64,000 nt of DNA from Eledone cirrhosa (Eukaryota). The stretch spans positions 344,906,001 through 344,970,000 of the forward strand of contig OZ024740.1 in assembly GCA_964016885.1 (NCBI GenBank), written 5' to 3'. Both the position numbers and the translations under genes were made by a program. Of the stretch, positions 45,359 through 61,211 are shown one piece after another. Numbering within the stretch: the stretch's first letter is position 1; each line of letters begins with the position of its first letter. The notes below the pieces were generated by a model that had not been told where the DNA came from, did not search any database, and saw only the letters and a list, made by a program, of their open reading frames with translations.

Positions 45359-45365
45359 CTACTAC
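44925..45365. repeat. (CTA/CTG)n trinucleotide array
   Basis: Direct inspection. Confidence 0.95.
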
Positions 45366-46663
45366 ATTACAAAGTTGACAATACAAAATATGAAAATAAT
45401 TAAAAAAATTTAAACAAAATGTAAGGGATTCAACAATAGATTGTATCTGTTTTTTTGAAGTCTCCTTTACACCCGCTTGTGTTTTATATCATACATTCAA
45501 CTAATGGTTGATCTCTAAATGGAGTGGCTCCCCGCTCACAGTTGAGTCTGGTACTCTCAGTTGCGTAACACCAAATGGAATTCGTGCCTTTCCATTCGAG
45601 AACGAATTTACGTTTTAACTGAACATGTTTTATTTTTTTTTATTTTGGTTAACTATTAATACTAATGTAATAATTTAATAGAAAATAAAAATTAAAATTA
45701 GATTGAGAAGAAACAATGGAATGTAAAATAAATATAAAATGTTCAAAAAATTGAAAAGGAAGGGAAAGGCAAGGGCTCTAGTGTCACAGAAGAATGAGGA
45801 GGGGGTGGGATTTGGGCCTAGGGCGCGGCAGTAATGGGGCTGCGTCTAAGAGACGGGACTTCAAAAGCATTACTCCTTACAATGCTCAGCGATAATCGCT
45901 GCAAGAGCCACCAAACTCAGGAGGCTCCTCCTCCGACGCGTCGCCTACGTTCCGATCTTGCGGAGGAGCTCGGCAGTACGATATCCAAGCAAGCCTTAGT
46001 TCTCGACGGCGACCGGTGCCAAGAGGATGTGGCCGAACAATCCCCGGTATTTGTTTATCTTCCTTTCCTCTGCATAGCGAGTCGCGGTACCGAGATTTGT
46101 GGCCGAAGCGACTAAGATGAAGGCGAAGAATGATTTACAATTTGGAGGCGAAGAAGGCTCGTACATACTTTGAGTTTACGGTTACGATGATTCTTTTGCT
46201 GTACAGATTCCAAAGAAAGTCAATCATTTAGAAATGTAATGAAATATAAGTAATTTTTATGAAGGAAATGCAACTACAAGGTTGCGGTAAATTCAGGTGT
46301 AAATTCCAGTAAATTTCTTACACCACTGAGCAGGAAGGTGTTTAAAATTATTTACAAAATCAAAGCATTGTTATTCATATTTATGAAGGAAGAATTTACC
46401 ACAATACTTAGTTGAGAAAAACAAATACTGAGCACATTCACAGATGTATATGTACGTATGAATGCATACATATCGTATATATATAAGCATTTCAAGGTTG
46501 TACATATATTCTCACATTACTTCTTCCAATGTATAGATTACTCTTCTGATTTGTGGTCACCTGATCTCCACAGACTTTATACACATATATATATGCATTT
46601 ATCTATGTATGTATGTATGTATGTATGTATGTATGTATGTATGTATGTATGTGTGTATGTATA

Positions 46664-46764
<101 letters not shown>

Positions 46765-47907
46765 ATGCGCAGGATAGATTTACATAACTCCTCTTATTGC
46801 TCAATTTGCTGTTATCCGCATTTCTCTGTTCATTTTTTTATTTTGCAATGATATTACTAAGTTATTGACCCGGCTTCTTCAGACAGCGTATTTGGTAATA
46901 CCGTCATTATGTAATCCGTTCCTTAGGAAACACAAGCTATTGAAATGGAGACGTAATTAGTATCGATGTTGCTATTTCAGAAAGATACTATTTGCATACA
47001 AGGTCGAGTGTAAGGGATAGATCAATGAATAATAAAATAAGAGAAAGTTAAAATAAATATTACGGAACAGGAAATCTGCTGGCCCTGTAAAATTTGAAGT
47101 TTAAAATATAGAACAATTCTCAAGTAGTACGGTGTATTTCTCAGTTTCATTTTATGTGTTGGTAATGAATATATTATCTACGTGCTATTGTGTGACATGT
47201 TCAAGATATTTTACAGATGTTGTTACCAGTTGTTGAAAAGCTACTCATAACGAAACCGGTATGTATAAACATTTTATTAAATAACATGACAATTTCTGCA
47301 AAGCGAACTATATATATATCAATAAAAAAAATATGTTTATTTTGTATGTATTAATGATTTGTTTTTGTAAATTTGCAAAAATATATACAGACCAGTAGTA
47401 TTAGGTGCCTCATATACATGCAAGGTCCTACTTATACCGACTGATAAACAGTGACTATGTGTAAGCATGTATGTATATATGTATTTTGTATGTATGTATG
47501 TTTATAACTCGGTTTGGTGCCCGAGGGCATAGTCAGCTCAAGTGGAGTGGCAGACCGCCGGTTCTTGCAAGGACAGGATTTGAGAAGGAAACTTCTGATT
47601 TAAAATCTGCGATGCGATTGCAACCAATGATTTTTTTTCTTCTTTTTATATATTTATCACCTTCGTTCATATAATGGGATTGCTCCAGTACAAGGTATTT
47701 CTTCACTTAAAAGAAGCATCTAGCACAGGAATCTAAACAACTTTCAGATATGTTGCGTAAGCTTTCTTTTTTTCTTTTTTCTTTAAGTGCAGCATATTCA
47801 CACACGAATCTTAGTCCTTGGTAAGGCGAAAATGTCATGTTCGTACCACCCATGTATGAGAAAAATGTAAAGTGATGGCAATTCTCGAAACCTAGATGCA
47901 GCCATTA

Positions 47908-47983
<76 letters not shown>

Positions 47984-48546
47984 CGTGTGCGTGTGTGTGC
48001 GTGCGTGTATGTATGTAAGTATGTAGATGTGTGTTTACGTGAGTATGTGTGTGTACAAATGCACTCTCATATACAAATATAGGTACGTTCCTAAACTTCC
48101 ACATGTATACATACGCATAGGTGTATATAGATAATATGTATGAATATATGTATGCATTTAGGTATATATGAGTATATGAGTGATATTTCTTGTGTTTGCC
48201 ATTTCATCATCTTAAGTAACTATTTGCCAGTCTATCTTTATTCACATACCTAACATAACGAATGTTCAGTTGAGAATCTACACACGTAAGAATGCTTTTA
48301 AGGTTTTTACACTCTGGCACAGATGTGTCCTACGCATCTTCTTTTTTTATGTTTGTCATATTTATTGGTACACAAATATTACCTTTCATCCTTCTGAAAC
48401 AAACTTCAAACATCATGTCACCCTCTTGTAAGTATTTCATTTCAAAACAAAATCTCGTTACCAATACCATGATATAGACAAACGTAAACAGCATTTAACA
48501 AACAAACAGACACACATCGGTACGCGCACATACATACACAGACGCA

Positions 48547-48628
<82 letters not shown>

Positions 48629-50415
48629 TATATATATATATATATATTTAGGTGTGTTTGTGTAATAGACTATATGTGTAAGTATATATATATATATATA
48701 TGTGTGTGTGTATAAATGTATATATATATATATGAATGTGGGAAAAAGACAAAAGAACAGTCATTTGTTCTCTTCGATGTTTATGAATGTTGGATTGATT
48801 TTTCTGATTATTTCCGTCGATATTTCCGTTTTGTTATTGTCCTGTATAAATGACGTGTTTGGTTGTAGAATTCATCAAGAAAACTGTGATTATGATTTGT
48901 AAAACGAATTAAACGCTCCAATCCTTCATTGTTATCTTTTTTTTCTTTTTTCCGTTATTTACTGCTTCTTTCTCATTTAACTGTGTGAACTAGATATTTG
49001 TTATTTCTGGGGGGTTTTTCTGGTATGGAATTTGATTGCCTGTGCTTCATTATTTTATATTCCATATGTTTTTGGCGAAGCTTTTCATGGAGTTGTGTTC
49101 ATCCGTTGTTCAGTATATACTGACTCTCATTTTCATCACCATTTTCACTTCATTTTAGCTCAATATTTCTCGCTAACACACTGATACATATATATGATTT
49201 TATATATATATATATAATAATACATATGTATATGTGTGTGTGTGTATATATATATATGATTTTATATATATATATGATTTTATAATCAGTGACATTTTCC
49301 TCCACATTTTCTCTCCTTGTTTCTCTCTCACTCTCTCACTCTTTTCCCTTTTTCGTTCTCCTCCCTTCTCTCTCTCTCCCACCTCTCGCTTATGAAAATT
49401 CTAGTCTCACAGTCACTTGCCTTCTTCTGTCCCCCTTTTACTTTCATTGATATGTTTTTCCTCTTTGCAATTTATCCCTCTCAATTTTACAAAAAGTAAT
49501 AATTCCCCATATTCTCTTTTTCATATTTCTAAAGATTACTTATATCAATGAGCTCTAATCTTCTTCTCCATCATTCTCTTTCTTTTATTTATTTCTTTAT
49601 CCGGACAACTTAATGCTAATTGTCGGAATGGTTACTTCAGTTGACTTCAATATTTGAATGGTACAACATCTACCGATGGTGAACTGACATTGAAGGATTT
49701 AAATTTCAAATTAATGACCCTAAGTATGCAAGTCTCTATGTTCAACATTCTAAGTATGCCGTTAAACAAAGACCTTAATATATTTTTTAAACTCTAATGT
49801 TTCCATCTTATTTTCAACGCTTTCCACTGTAAATATATCTCTAGCTTCTTTGAACTGCTTCCTACTGTTTCTTTACTCTCTTCAAACTTTGAAAATTAAG
49901 ACAAAACATTTTCATCGTTATGTAAGTTTTACCTTTATCATCAACATTGTTCTTTTTATCAAATATTGTTCTGAGTACTCATTCAAGCATATATATATAT
50001 ATATATCAAGAGAATCTGTATGTACCTTACCATGGGTTTATATATGAAAATGTGAATGGAAAAGCTAAAGGTCGTTAAACCATATATCATATATAACTCA
50101 AATGGTTGCGATACCAATTTACATCATTGGGTCTATGACCTATTGTACATGTCATGACAGAACTCGTAAATAGACAGTAACACAACTGAAAGTTTTCTTA
50201 AATGATGAGTATCATAAAATTTATACGGAAATAAAAATAGAACAGCAAGAGTTATGGTCTATGTAAAGTATTTATAAAGAACTCAATGAAATACGCGTAC
50301 AAAAATTCTCGATGAGAGATTTCTAAAGATACACATTACGTAGCATGCGTTCTGTATACGCGTTCTCTATATATATTTATATTTACGCGCGTGCACGCAC
50401 ACACACACACACACA

Positions 50416-50516
<101 letters not shown>

Positions 50517-51044
50517 GGTGCGTCAGTCGTTTTAGATTAAATACGCGCAGAGAAAGAGTTTAGAAAAATACGCATAGTACATCAATGAAATGCTATATTT
50601 AGATAAAAAATGGTACAAATGTTATTCAATGATACCTGCGTTGGCTCCAATACATGGCTTGGAAGAAATGATCATAGGCTGCTCGTGATATTCTTCAACA
50701 TAGTTTCTGGAAAGAAAGAATGCAGTTAATTATAAGAAAATTTGAATTTAATGCATTCAAGATTTCAAATGTTTAGCTGTGTTCAGCCTCTGAACTTTAT
50801 AGTTGACCCTCATATATATAATATATGTATCCATAATATATATTATATATATTACTGAATTATTTATTGCTGATATATATATATCTATATAAAAGCTATA
50901 TCTTATCCTGAGAAGTATGTGATTTGGTTATTTCTCCATCCGATCTTATGTATTTATTCAATGTTTCAATTGTTTATTTATTCACTTTTTTGTTACTGTG
51001 AATACAGGCGCTTCCACTGAATTCATTTGTTCCTGCCAGTCATT

Positions 51045-51529
51045 ATGTTACGATGCATTAAACGTAATATAGCAGTGTTAATGCAAAATGGATCAAATCA
51101 CGTTTTTAACCTGTGGTTATGTACAAGAAAGATAAGAAAAACGAAAGTAGCTAAACCAAGAAAAGCATCTGAATTCAGTGCAATAATAATTGTTTCTACT
51201 TTAGGCACAAGGCCAGCAATTATACAGTTCATTACTGGTACTTTATTTTATCGACCTCGTAAGGATGAAAGGCAAAGTCAATCCCGCCGAGGTTGACTTT
51301 GCCTTTCATCCTTACGGGGTCGATAACATAAAGTACCAGTAATGAACTGTGTAATTGCTGGCCATGTGCCTAAAGTAGAAACAATTAATATTGCACTGAA
51401 TTCAGATGCTTTTCTTGGTTTAGCTACTTTCGTTTTTCTTATCTTTCTTGTACATAACCACAGGTTAAAAACGTGATTTGATCCATTTTGCATTAACACT
51501 GCTATATTACGTTTAATGCATCGTAACAT
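51045..51529. repeat. Near-perfect palindrome (237-bp arms, 11-nt spacer) made of SINE 3' half plus flank
   Basis: Arms 51045-51281 and 51293-51529; spacer tcccgccgagg. Confidence 0.9.
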
Positions 51530-53039
51530 TCATAAACGAGACATAACTTCCACACACATCTCAATCTGCACTTTTTTTCCGTACAACGCTGTCTCATATT
51601 TCCCTACCAGAAAAAAATGGTAATTTGGCTGATTCCATTTTACACATGCTTCACAATATTTTGTTTTTGTTCAACTGTTTATCAAGCTGCTCAAGAGAAC
51701 TGGCTTTATAACACAACGTCTTGAGTCATCTGCTCATCTTCTTCACAATGACGAATTTCTTTCGTTTTAGTAACAGACTCTTTTTTTTTCTTTTCCTGAG
51801 TCATCTATTTGTTCCCTGTCCATTCCGTTTTTACCTCTGTGTGCTACCCCACATTTTTTGCTAACTTCAATTTCAGAATGCTCTCTGCCACGAAAACGAG
51901 TGTTCTCACGCTTCAATTCTGTTGTGGATAAAGACTGACTGTATGCATGAACAATACAAACTCTCAGTACCAATTAGCTATATGCGGTAGCCGATGTTTG
52001 CTACGTTAAAATACCCAACAAGCATGGCGAGAAACCAGGCAGGTTCATACTGAAAATACGGGTTCAAATTTCAATTCTTTAATTTCATTCTAATAGTAAT
52101 TTATATCTATCCCATAGCCCGTAAGAGTCACGAAGAAGTTATAAGTCAGAAACACCTAATACGTACAAAAATAATCCCTTAACGCCCTCTCTCCCAACTG
52201 GCATCATCTCATGTCTAATTTCAAAGTAGAATCCTTGACATTGCATCGAGTTGTTGCGCTTGTTGAAACTGCTTTCGGCTGTTGTGTGTAAACGACATTG
52301 CGAGACAGACGTACCTATGTAAACACATACACAGAACCGCGCACAAACATATGTATTTATATACATCTGTGTGTGGCAAACTTTAGAGAATATGATTCTA
52401 GAAAATCTGAAATATTGAGTTTAATTGATAAACGGAAATATTACACTTGTCAGTGATATATAAGAGCAGAGCAAAAATAATATTTATATTATATTGTATA
52501 TATCTGACGCTTGAAACAGGATGTTTTGTTGCACATATGAAAATCCTTAAGTATGGCATAATACCTTTTTGCACCTATCAATGTCCGTTTCGAATGGAAG
52601 TATAGTCAAACCCGAATTCGAAGACTAGCAGACAAATTGAATATATTTCGAAACATATGAAAATGGGAAATAAACATATACATACGTATGTAGTCCTCGA
52701 ATTAGGAGAACATTCCATTCAGTTGTATGTCTATAAGTATATACCTTGTATGACCTTGTATGACCTTGTGATAATTATTTTATCAGTAGTAGTCTTATAT
52801 ACTGAAAAACGCAACTTACACATTTCATCTTTACCTTATGTAATATTATTCGTATTTATCAAGTAGTATTTACCTAGGTGTGGTTTTTTTAACCATTGTG
52901 TATCGATGTTTAGTCGTTGGAATATTTGAATTTAGTAGAAGGATAACGGAACCACGAAAAATCCGCATGCTTATGCGGAAATAGAACTGGTTGTCACGTA
53001 GGCAGTTTTATTGTACCTTTATATTACTCTAAATCAGAG

Positions 53040-53680
53040 TTACATTTCTGGATGGTCGTTCATTCGAAGCAGCGAAGCCAGCTTTCACTAGCGTATTCCT
53101 ATTTTCTTGTACAATAGATTTGTTCAAGAACTTGTCGATATTAAACAAGAAAACCCGTGTCCATGGCCGTTTTGTCTTCGCAAATACCACCTTCTTTGTC
53201 ATTAGAGCTTTTGGACAATGAACGATATGACCAATATATTTTTGATATTGTCTCCTTATCGCTTTTCTGATAATGTTGTTTTTTGTTATGTGCTAGATAT
53301 CAATGTTGGTATATCGAAGTTCAAATTCTGTCTCCTTTGCGCCTTCATGGGTTGTAAATCTACCACAACCGTCATTAAACAATTGCATCAGCAAATCCAG
53401 CCAACAAGTCACCAATTATGTGATATATTCTTCATATCGAACTTAACTGCACGGCGCAGTGAAATATTTTAAGTTATGTAGTTGGATTTTATATACTTCG
53501 GGTGTTGTTAAATATTGTTTGATACATGAATGGATTATATATAATTCTTGAAGGAATTTTCAATGATACCGTTTAACAATTATATAACCGTTCTCTTCTT
53601 TGACTTGTTCCGGGATCATATTCAGTAAAGCAGGGCAAGATGAAGGAAAAGCATATTTTTCGCACAGTATGTCTGTGCTG
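53040..53680 (-). pseudogene. Possible piggyBac transposase relic
   Basis: Minus strand MTKKVVFAKTKRPWTRVFLFNIDK resembles the R.TRRWP..VFF.ILD region; very degenerate. Confidence 0.35.
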
Positions 53681-54525
53681 TGAGATTGAATTGTGTAGAG
53701 GCCTATAGTGCAAGTTACTAATGAAGTAACCACTGCTTTATATGTTTTCTATATCTAAGGTCCATATTCCATATGTACAAATGTAACTTGGTAAAGTTTC
53801 TATAATATAGTGAAAAAAATAAGGATAATGTTTAATGTTTATTCTTAAAGTAGTTAGATTCTATCTTATTTTCTCGCATGGAATTTGTTAAAACTATGGA
53901 AATTATATATGCAGCTAAATAGATCAGTAAAACTACTTTTAGTAGTTGCTAAAACAAAATCGGATAATATATAAATACATTTATTTTCTTATTTAATCTA
54001 AAAGTATAGTATTACTGCATCATATTTTTCCCGTATTTTTTTGGTTTTATTTCAATGTTACGAAGCTGTTTTCAGTAGTTTACTTTGAGAGTTGAGATAA
54101 ATATTCAAAGTGTGATCTATTATTATTTTTTTATTATCATTACTATTATTTCAAACGAGAAAAGATGTAAATATAGCAGTGAAGTAATTTTGTATGAAGA
54201 AACAATGATAGAATAGAAGTAGTTTGTGTTACAATAATATTGAATTCAGTAGAAAAAAATCGTTATATACGCACGTACATGCCACACACACACACACATA
54301 AATCCACACACACACAGATACCCACATACGCACATACACATTACATAGAAAGAGATTAGAGATGGTTAGTGAGATTTATACTTATTTTGGGATTTATGTA
54401 TGTACCCACACACCCATATGTATGTATAAGGATACGTTGGTATGTGTATGTGGATATATATATATATATATATAAATTATTACACACGCATATATACATA
54501 TATATATATATATGCACATATTTAT

Positions 54526-54622
<97 letters not shown>

Positions 54623-55092
54623 TGTGTGTGTGTGTGTGCGTATAATTTGAAATAAAACACTAATGAGTTTCATAAAGGATAGGAAAGAATGGAACTAACT
54701 TAAAGAGAAAAAAACATTGTGTTAGTTGTTTGCGAAATAGGGAGAGGTTTATACTTGAAATAAAAAAAAGGAACAAAACGTCTAGACGAAGAAGATTTTT
54801 AGAAGAACAACGAAAATGCGGCATAAAGAACAACAAACAAACAGAATATGGCGAATAAATAAAGAGAATACAAGAACATTGAATAAATAAATAACTGGAA
54901 TTGGATGGAAAAATAAACAAAACAACACGGAATAATAAATGGAGACTGAGACTCTCAGGAAGTAGAATAAAATATAGCTTTTTGTCGTCAGTAATAAATA
55001 CGTCTGAAATATATATACACACATTCATACACAAAGATACACACTCGAACACACTCACATAGACACACTTAAAAACACAAATATATATACAC

Positions 55093-55171
<79 letters not shown>

Positions 55172-55194
55172 ACAGACCCTCCATCTCAACTCTA

Positions 55195-55230
55195 CTTTTG
55201 AAAAGCTGAAGAACTGCGAAACCGGTAAAG
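55195..55230 (+). ncRNA. Minimal hammerhead, U3-A8 variant
   Basis: ctt-TTGAAAA-gctg/aagaa/ctgc-GAAA-ccgg-TA-aag; one helix II mismatch. Confidence 0.55.
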
Positions 55231-55363
55231 GAACCAAATAAATATATATATTTTTTTAAAAGATAAGACTCCAGTTGCATTTTCGATTTCATCTCTTTTT
55301 CTTTATACTTTCCCTCGTGTAGGACACCTCGGTTATTTTTCAATTTGTAAAAAAAAACCTCAC

Positions 55364-55417
<54 letters not shown>

Positions 55418-55877
55418 TGGTCTGATTGTCGATTTGACGGTGCCGTAAGAGGTAATATGAACTAGGCTCATGGAAGAATAGGCTTAGAAGCTGAAAGACT
55501 TGGAGGACGAAGCGAAGCACCATGTATTTCCGGTATAGTACGCTACTGTAAGTTGATTTGGAGTGTCGATGGTTTGTATCTATTTCTACTTTGGCTTATG
55601 TGCTTTGACAATTCTTTAGTGAAAAGAGAGCAGAGTTTCGTGAACTGTGACAGGGAGCAAAGGACTATTTCAGGGCAGATATGGCTGCCACTTGTCGGAG
55701 GGACAAATGCTAAAAGGGGGGAAAATTCTTAAAATTGGTACAAAATATTTTCTGCCAGATTTGGGTCCCTACGGTTACTCCAAGTTCGTTTGATGCCTGC
55801 ATGTGTTACGGAAGTTGCAAGCCATGTCCAAAAGAATATTGATATTTCTGGTATCATATCTGCTCGGTATCAGTTGA

Positions 55878-56058
55878 GATAATTGTTTCTGCTTTAGGCA
55901 CAAGGTCAGAAATTACCCAGTGCATTACTGGTACTTTATTTTATCGACCCCGTAAGGATGAAAGTCAAAGTCAAGCTCGACGGGATTTGAACTCAGATCG
56001 TAAAGGGACGTAACTATGCTGGAAAGCATGGCGTCCGACCCTCTACCGATACTGCCAA
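55878..56058 (-). mobile_element. tRNA-type SINE
   Basis: Reverse complement of the family consensus with boxes A and B. Confidence 0.85.
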
Positions 56059-56282
56059 TGAGATAATAATACTGTCGAAGCTGCAGAAATCGTTGGTATT
56101 TACACTTAGAAAGTTTTCTCTGAGGCACAAGTCAGGGCAAGGTTGTTAGTGGAAGACCAGCAGTGTCTCATGCATAACAGTCTCCCCTGGGCAATGGCCC
56201 ATATCATTTTTTTCAATTTTCAAGGAAATATGTATACATTGCTTGTTTACATCTATATCATCATCATCATCACCATCATCAC

Positions 56283-56316
<34 letters not shown>

Positions 56317-56925
56317 TTCTTCTTCTTCTTCTTCTTCTTCTTCTTCTTCTTCTTCTTCTTCTTCTTCTTCTTCTTCTACTTCTTCTTCGAATAGTATATA
56401 AGCAATAATAGTTGTTAGTTTGAAAAATATTATTTAAGATATATTTCGATTGGATACAGAGAATAAATATAATACATTCCCTGGCGTAATTTTCGTTTCT
56501 TTTTGTTATTTTTTTCTAATAGTATAATATTAATGTTGTTATCTTGTGAGACATACGTAAGAATACATCTACTACAACTAGGAAAGTACCATAGCTATAA
56601 ATACAAGCAGCGAATACCATATCGAACCAAAGCTATTGGAATGCTTAGCATGAATCATTCAAAAATGCACTTCAACATATAACACGCAGACACGCTCTTT
56701 CCCAAGTCGGTCATATACAGTGCTACTAAAAATAGTCTCTGTCTGTGCCTAGTGACAGCTAGTGTTATAACATCTACCCTCAAGAGCAACAAACGTGTTT
56801 GCCATTCGTCTTCTTCCCAAACATTAGCCCATCATTAAGGCATTACTCATTCTCTCGATCCTTCATCAGCGATCTTCTGGTTTTCCATTTCTGCCTATAT
56901 CATTTCCTGTTTGCAATTTGCCCAA

Positions 56926-57113
56926 TCAGATCGTAAAGGGACGTAACTATGCTGGAAAGCATGGCGTCCGACCCTCTACCGATACTGCCAATGAGATAAT
57001 AATACTGTCGAAGCTGCAGAAATCGTTGGTATTTACACTTAGAAAGTTTTCTCTGGGGCACAAGTCAGGGCAAGGTTGTTAGTGGAAGACCAGCAGTGTC
57101 TCATGCATAACAG
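56926..57113 (+). repeat. 188-bp direct duplicate of 55993-56180 (SINE 5' part plus flank)
   Basis: Nearly identical sequence. Confidence 0.85.
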
Positions 57114-58040
57114 AAAAATCATGTGATCAACGTCTCCAACCTGATTAAATTCAGTGTTTAATCCTTGAATGTTTCTGTTGTTATCTCGCTAGTAGTCCAT
57201 CTTCATTGAAGAGTCACCCGTGAAAGGCAAACATGAACACTCAGGAAGTTTATAACTATGTATAGTTCGTTTCCTATTTTTATCTAATGCAGTTGGATTT
57301 GGCTGCTATTTTAGTAAATCAAGTTTGTGTCACTCTCATTTGAAACTATAACTCTGGCATTCTACTCCTAAATTATTTGGGAAATCATGGAAACACACTT
57401 CAATCCTCTTCTCACCATACATAAATGTTTTCGTGGTAAATCATCATCTTTATCAGTGTAGAGTAAGAAATAAACCCTTGGAGAACAAAAATCACTCTTC
57501 TACTTGTATCAATCCGTAAGACATTATCATACAATAAATGTTTAGTCATTATACACGCCATATACCATAGACAAGCCAGAAGTTCACATCTGCTGGGAGA
57601 CATAGACAAAATGGACTTTGCATAAAGCATGACACCTCAGGATGATGAATAGCTTAAGTAAATTGAGCTATGTTGAAATGACAAATGAATACTAACCTGG
57701 TGACATGGAAAATGAGAAGATTGCGTGGAAATTTCATCAAGATGTTTCCAATTCTGATGTTACTTGCAAACTTGAATTATACAGAATGCTTTAGATTACC
57801 AAATATACAGTAGATTTACCAAATCGACCGAGATTTACTAATTTAAAAAAAATGAAGACATATGATTTTAACAAAAATTATGGATAGTTTTTAAGGATGA
57901 GATAAGTATAGCTTGTGATTTTAGAAATATGATGACCGTTAGAAACAAACTCATGTTAGATAGAAGAGGGAATTGAGCTCAAATCTCCAATTAAGACAAA
58001 ACTTGTATAACAGAAAATATACGCGTGTATAAGTGAACAA

Positions 58041-58096
<56 letters not shown>

Positions 58097-58347
58097 GCAT
58101 AAATTAAGACAGATGTTTATACATACATTCACACACACACACACACATATTTTTATATATATAGAGAGAGAGAGAATTAGTACATCTACCAACATATGTG
58201 TACATATGTACACTCATGCTAGCAAATATATAAGTTATCTCTTAGTACCTATGTGGTTCTATGCAGGTGAATGCAGAACAATTATATGAAAGACGTAAAA
58301 TAAGAAAATTTTAAAAATTAAAAATCAACTTACTTACTAAAATGTTC

Positions 58348-58433
58348 ACTCCAACTAATTAGTTTCTGTAATGGGATAAATATAGTTATATAATATATAT
58401 AACTATAGACAATTCATTACGTCATCAGGGAGT
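58348..58433 (-). ncRNA. Type I hammerhead ribozyme (array, antisense copy)
   Basis: Reverse complement of the 58931-59016 motif. Confidence 0.75.
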
Positions 58434-58930
58434 CTATTCTCAGCTAAGTTCCCAGGCAATACGCGGACACTAGGAACCCATATAAAAATGATAATTCAGT
58501 AGATGGAATGAAGCTAGCGAGGACTAAATTCCGGAGCACTGAACAAATTTCACTGCCTCTGGTCAGTGGCAGATTCTAAATAATCAATCACGTGACACCG
58601 AGGTTAATCAGTTAGGAGCGGGGTGGTATTATGACAAGAGCCTACTACTACCATGAAACAGCAGTAAATTTTGGCAAGTTTTGCTCAACAAATAATTTGG
58701 AGTTAAATATAGAGAATTAGTACATCTACCAACATATGTGTACAGATGTACACTCATGCTAGCAAATATATAAGTTATGTCTTAGTACCTATGTGGTTCT
58801 ATGCAGGTGAATGCAGAACAATTATATGAAAGACGTAAAATGAGAAAATTAAAAAAATTAAAAATCAACTTACCATTTTTATATGGGTTCCTAGTGTCCG
58901 CGCATTGCCTGGGAACTAAGCTGAGAATAG

Positions 58931-59016
58931 ACTCCCTGATGACGTAATGAATTCTCTATAGTTATATATATTATGTAACTATATTTATCCCATTACAGAA
59001 ACTAATTAGTTGGAGT
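58931..59016 (+). ncRNA. Type I hammerhead ribozyme (array copy 1)
   Basis: actcc-CTGATGA-c-gtaatg..tatagtta..taactata..cattac-a-GAAA-ctaattag-TT-ggagt; 10-nt palindromic helix III ACTAATTAGT; C.A at 10.1-11.1. Confidence 0.8.
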
Positions 59017-59471
59017 GAAAATTTTAGTAAGTAAGTTGATTTTTAATTTTTTAAATTTTCTTATTTTACGTCTTTCATATAATTGTTCTGCATTCACCTG
59101 CATAGAACCACATAGGTACTAAGACATAACTTATATATGTGCTAGCATGAGTGTACATCTGTACACATATGTTGGTAGATGTACTAATTCTCTATATTTA
59201 TTTCCAAATTATTTGTTGAGCAAAACTTGCCAAAATTTACTGATGTTTCATGGTAGTAGTAGGTTCTTGTCATAATACCACCCCGCTCCTAACTGATTAA
59301 CCTCGGTGTCATGTGATTAATTCTTTAGAATCTGCCACTGACCAGAGGCAGTGAAATTGTTTCAGTGCTCCGGAATTTAGTCCTCGCTGGGCTTCATTCC
59401 ATCTACTGAACTATCATTTTTATATGGGTTCCTAATGTCCGCGCATTGCCTGGGAACTTAGCTGAGAATAG

Positions 59472-59557
59472 ACTCCCTGATGACGTAATGAATTCTCTAT
59501 AGTTATATATATTATGTAACTATATTTATCCCATTACAGAAACTAATTAGTTGGACT
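59472..59557 (+). ncRNA. Type I hammerhead ribozyme (array copy 2)
   Basis: As copy 1, 541 nt downstream; one helix I mismatch (ggact). Confidence 0.72.
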
Positions 59558-59613
59558 GAAAATTTTAGTAAGTAAGATGATTTAAAATTTTTAAAATGTT
59601 CTTATTTTACGTC

Positions 59614-59835
<222 letters not shown>

Positions 59836-60486
59836 TTAATCTGTGCCGATGTACGCAATGTACCAGCAGACATCACATTTTAAAGCTACATCTCCCTCTC
59901 AACCCTCCACCAGCTATCAACATATAGCTTATCATCGATCACATCTTCACAGCTCTTCTATCACACCCTTCCCAGCGTAGCCGACAACGAAAGGAACACC
60001 CTTGTATGCAAAAGTGATACTACAATAAATGTACTCAGTCCACACTCATGAAAAGTGAAGAATTATCCAGTCTAGTGTACCATTGGATAGTGCCAATATA
60101 AAACACACCCTGTATCCTCCGTGAAGTGATTTATGTTAGGACGGTCATCTTCACGTAAAAAAAAAACAAAAAAAACATGGCAGAACCTAATGTAAGTGCG
60201 AGACTTAGTCTTCTGTCTATTTCCGAAAGACCCATGCAAGACATAAAACAGTGGTTTTCACGATATATCTATATGTATATTCATGTCTGTGTGCCTGCAT
60301 GTGTGGTTTGGAGTATTTACACACAGAAAAAATATATACATATAAAATGAGAGATTTAAAGAAAGGGTGGACAATGATAGAATGAAATATGTTTGGTATA
60401 CAAATAACGGAGGAATCAGATCATTAATAGAATACGGATGTTTACCAATAAATTGATTTCCGTCTTCTTTCTTTGTAAATATCATC

Positions 60487-60555
<69 letters not shown>

Positions 60556-60625
60556 TCTCACTACCTCTCTCTCCCTCTCTTTCTACCTCTCTTCCACCTC
60601 TCTCTACCTCTCTTTCCCCCTCTCT

Positions 60626-60716
<91 letters not shown>

Positions 60717-61211
60717 GCGTGCGCGCGCGCGCGTGTGTGTGTACGCACATGCATATAGCACTTTTTATAATTCTTTCCTTTACCTGTTACATTATTTCAT
60801 ATCTTCTCAATCATTTGGTGCTTTTTTGACAGTTAATAATTGAAGACAAATGTGTTATCCTTTATATTTGATTTATACCAATGTAGTTAATAATAGAAAC
60901 AAATAAATAAACATTATATTGTGAAATATGTATTACAATAAATATAACGGGTAAAATGTAAAACAAGAAGCAGTAAGATAAAACAAATCGGAGAAAAATT
61001 TATAAAAAAATATTAATATATGTATATGTTTGGAAGTAAACATTTCACGACATGTTACATTAACACCCATCCCCCACGTCTTATGCAGATACAATGAAAA
61101 ACGTGAACAGGAATAGTCTAGAAATGTAGATATATCAGTGAACATGTAAATAAAACAAAGATATAGGCATATTAAAATTAAACACAAGACTACGAGTCAT
61201 TTTCATAAATA

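Noticed and set aside
51027-51529. Pair of near-identical ORFs on opposite strands
   Set aside because: Artefact of the palindrome; they run into SINE sequence
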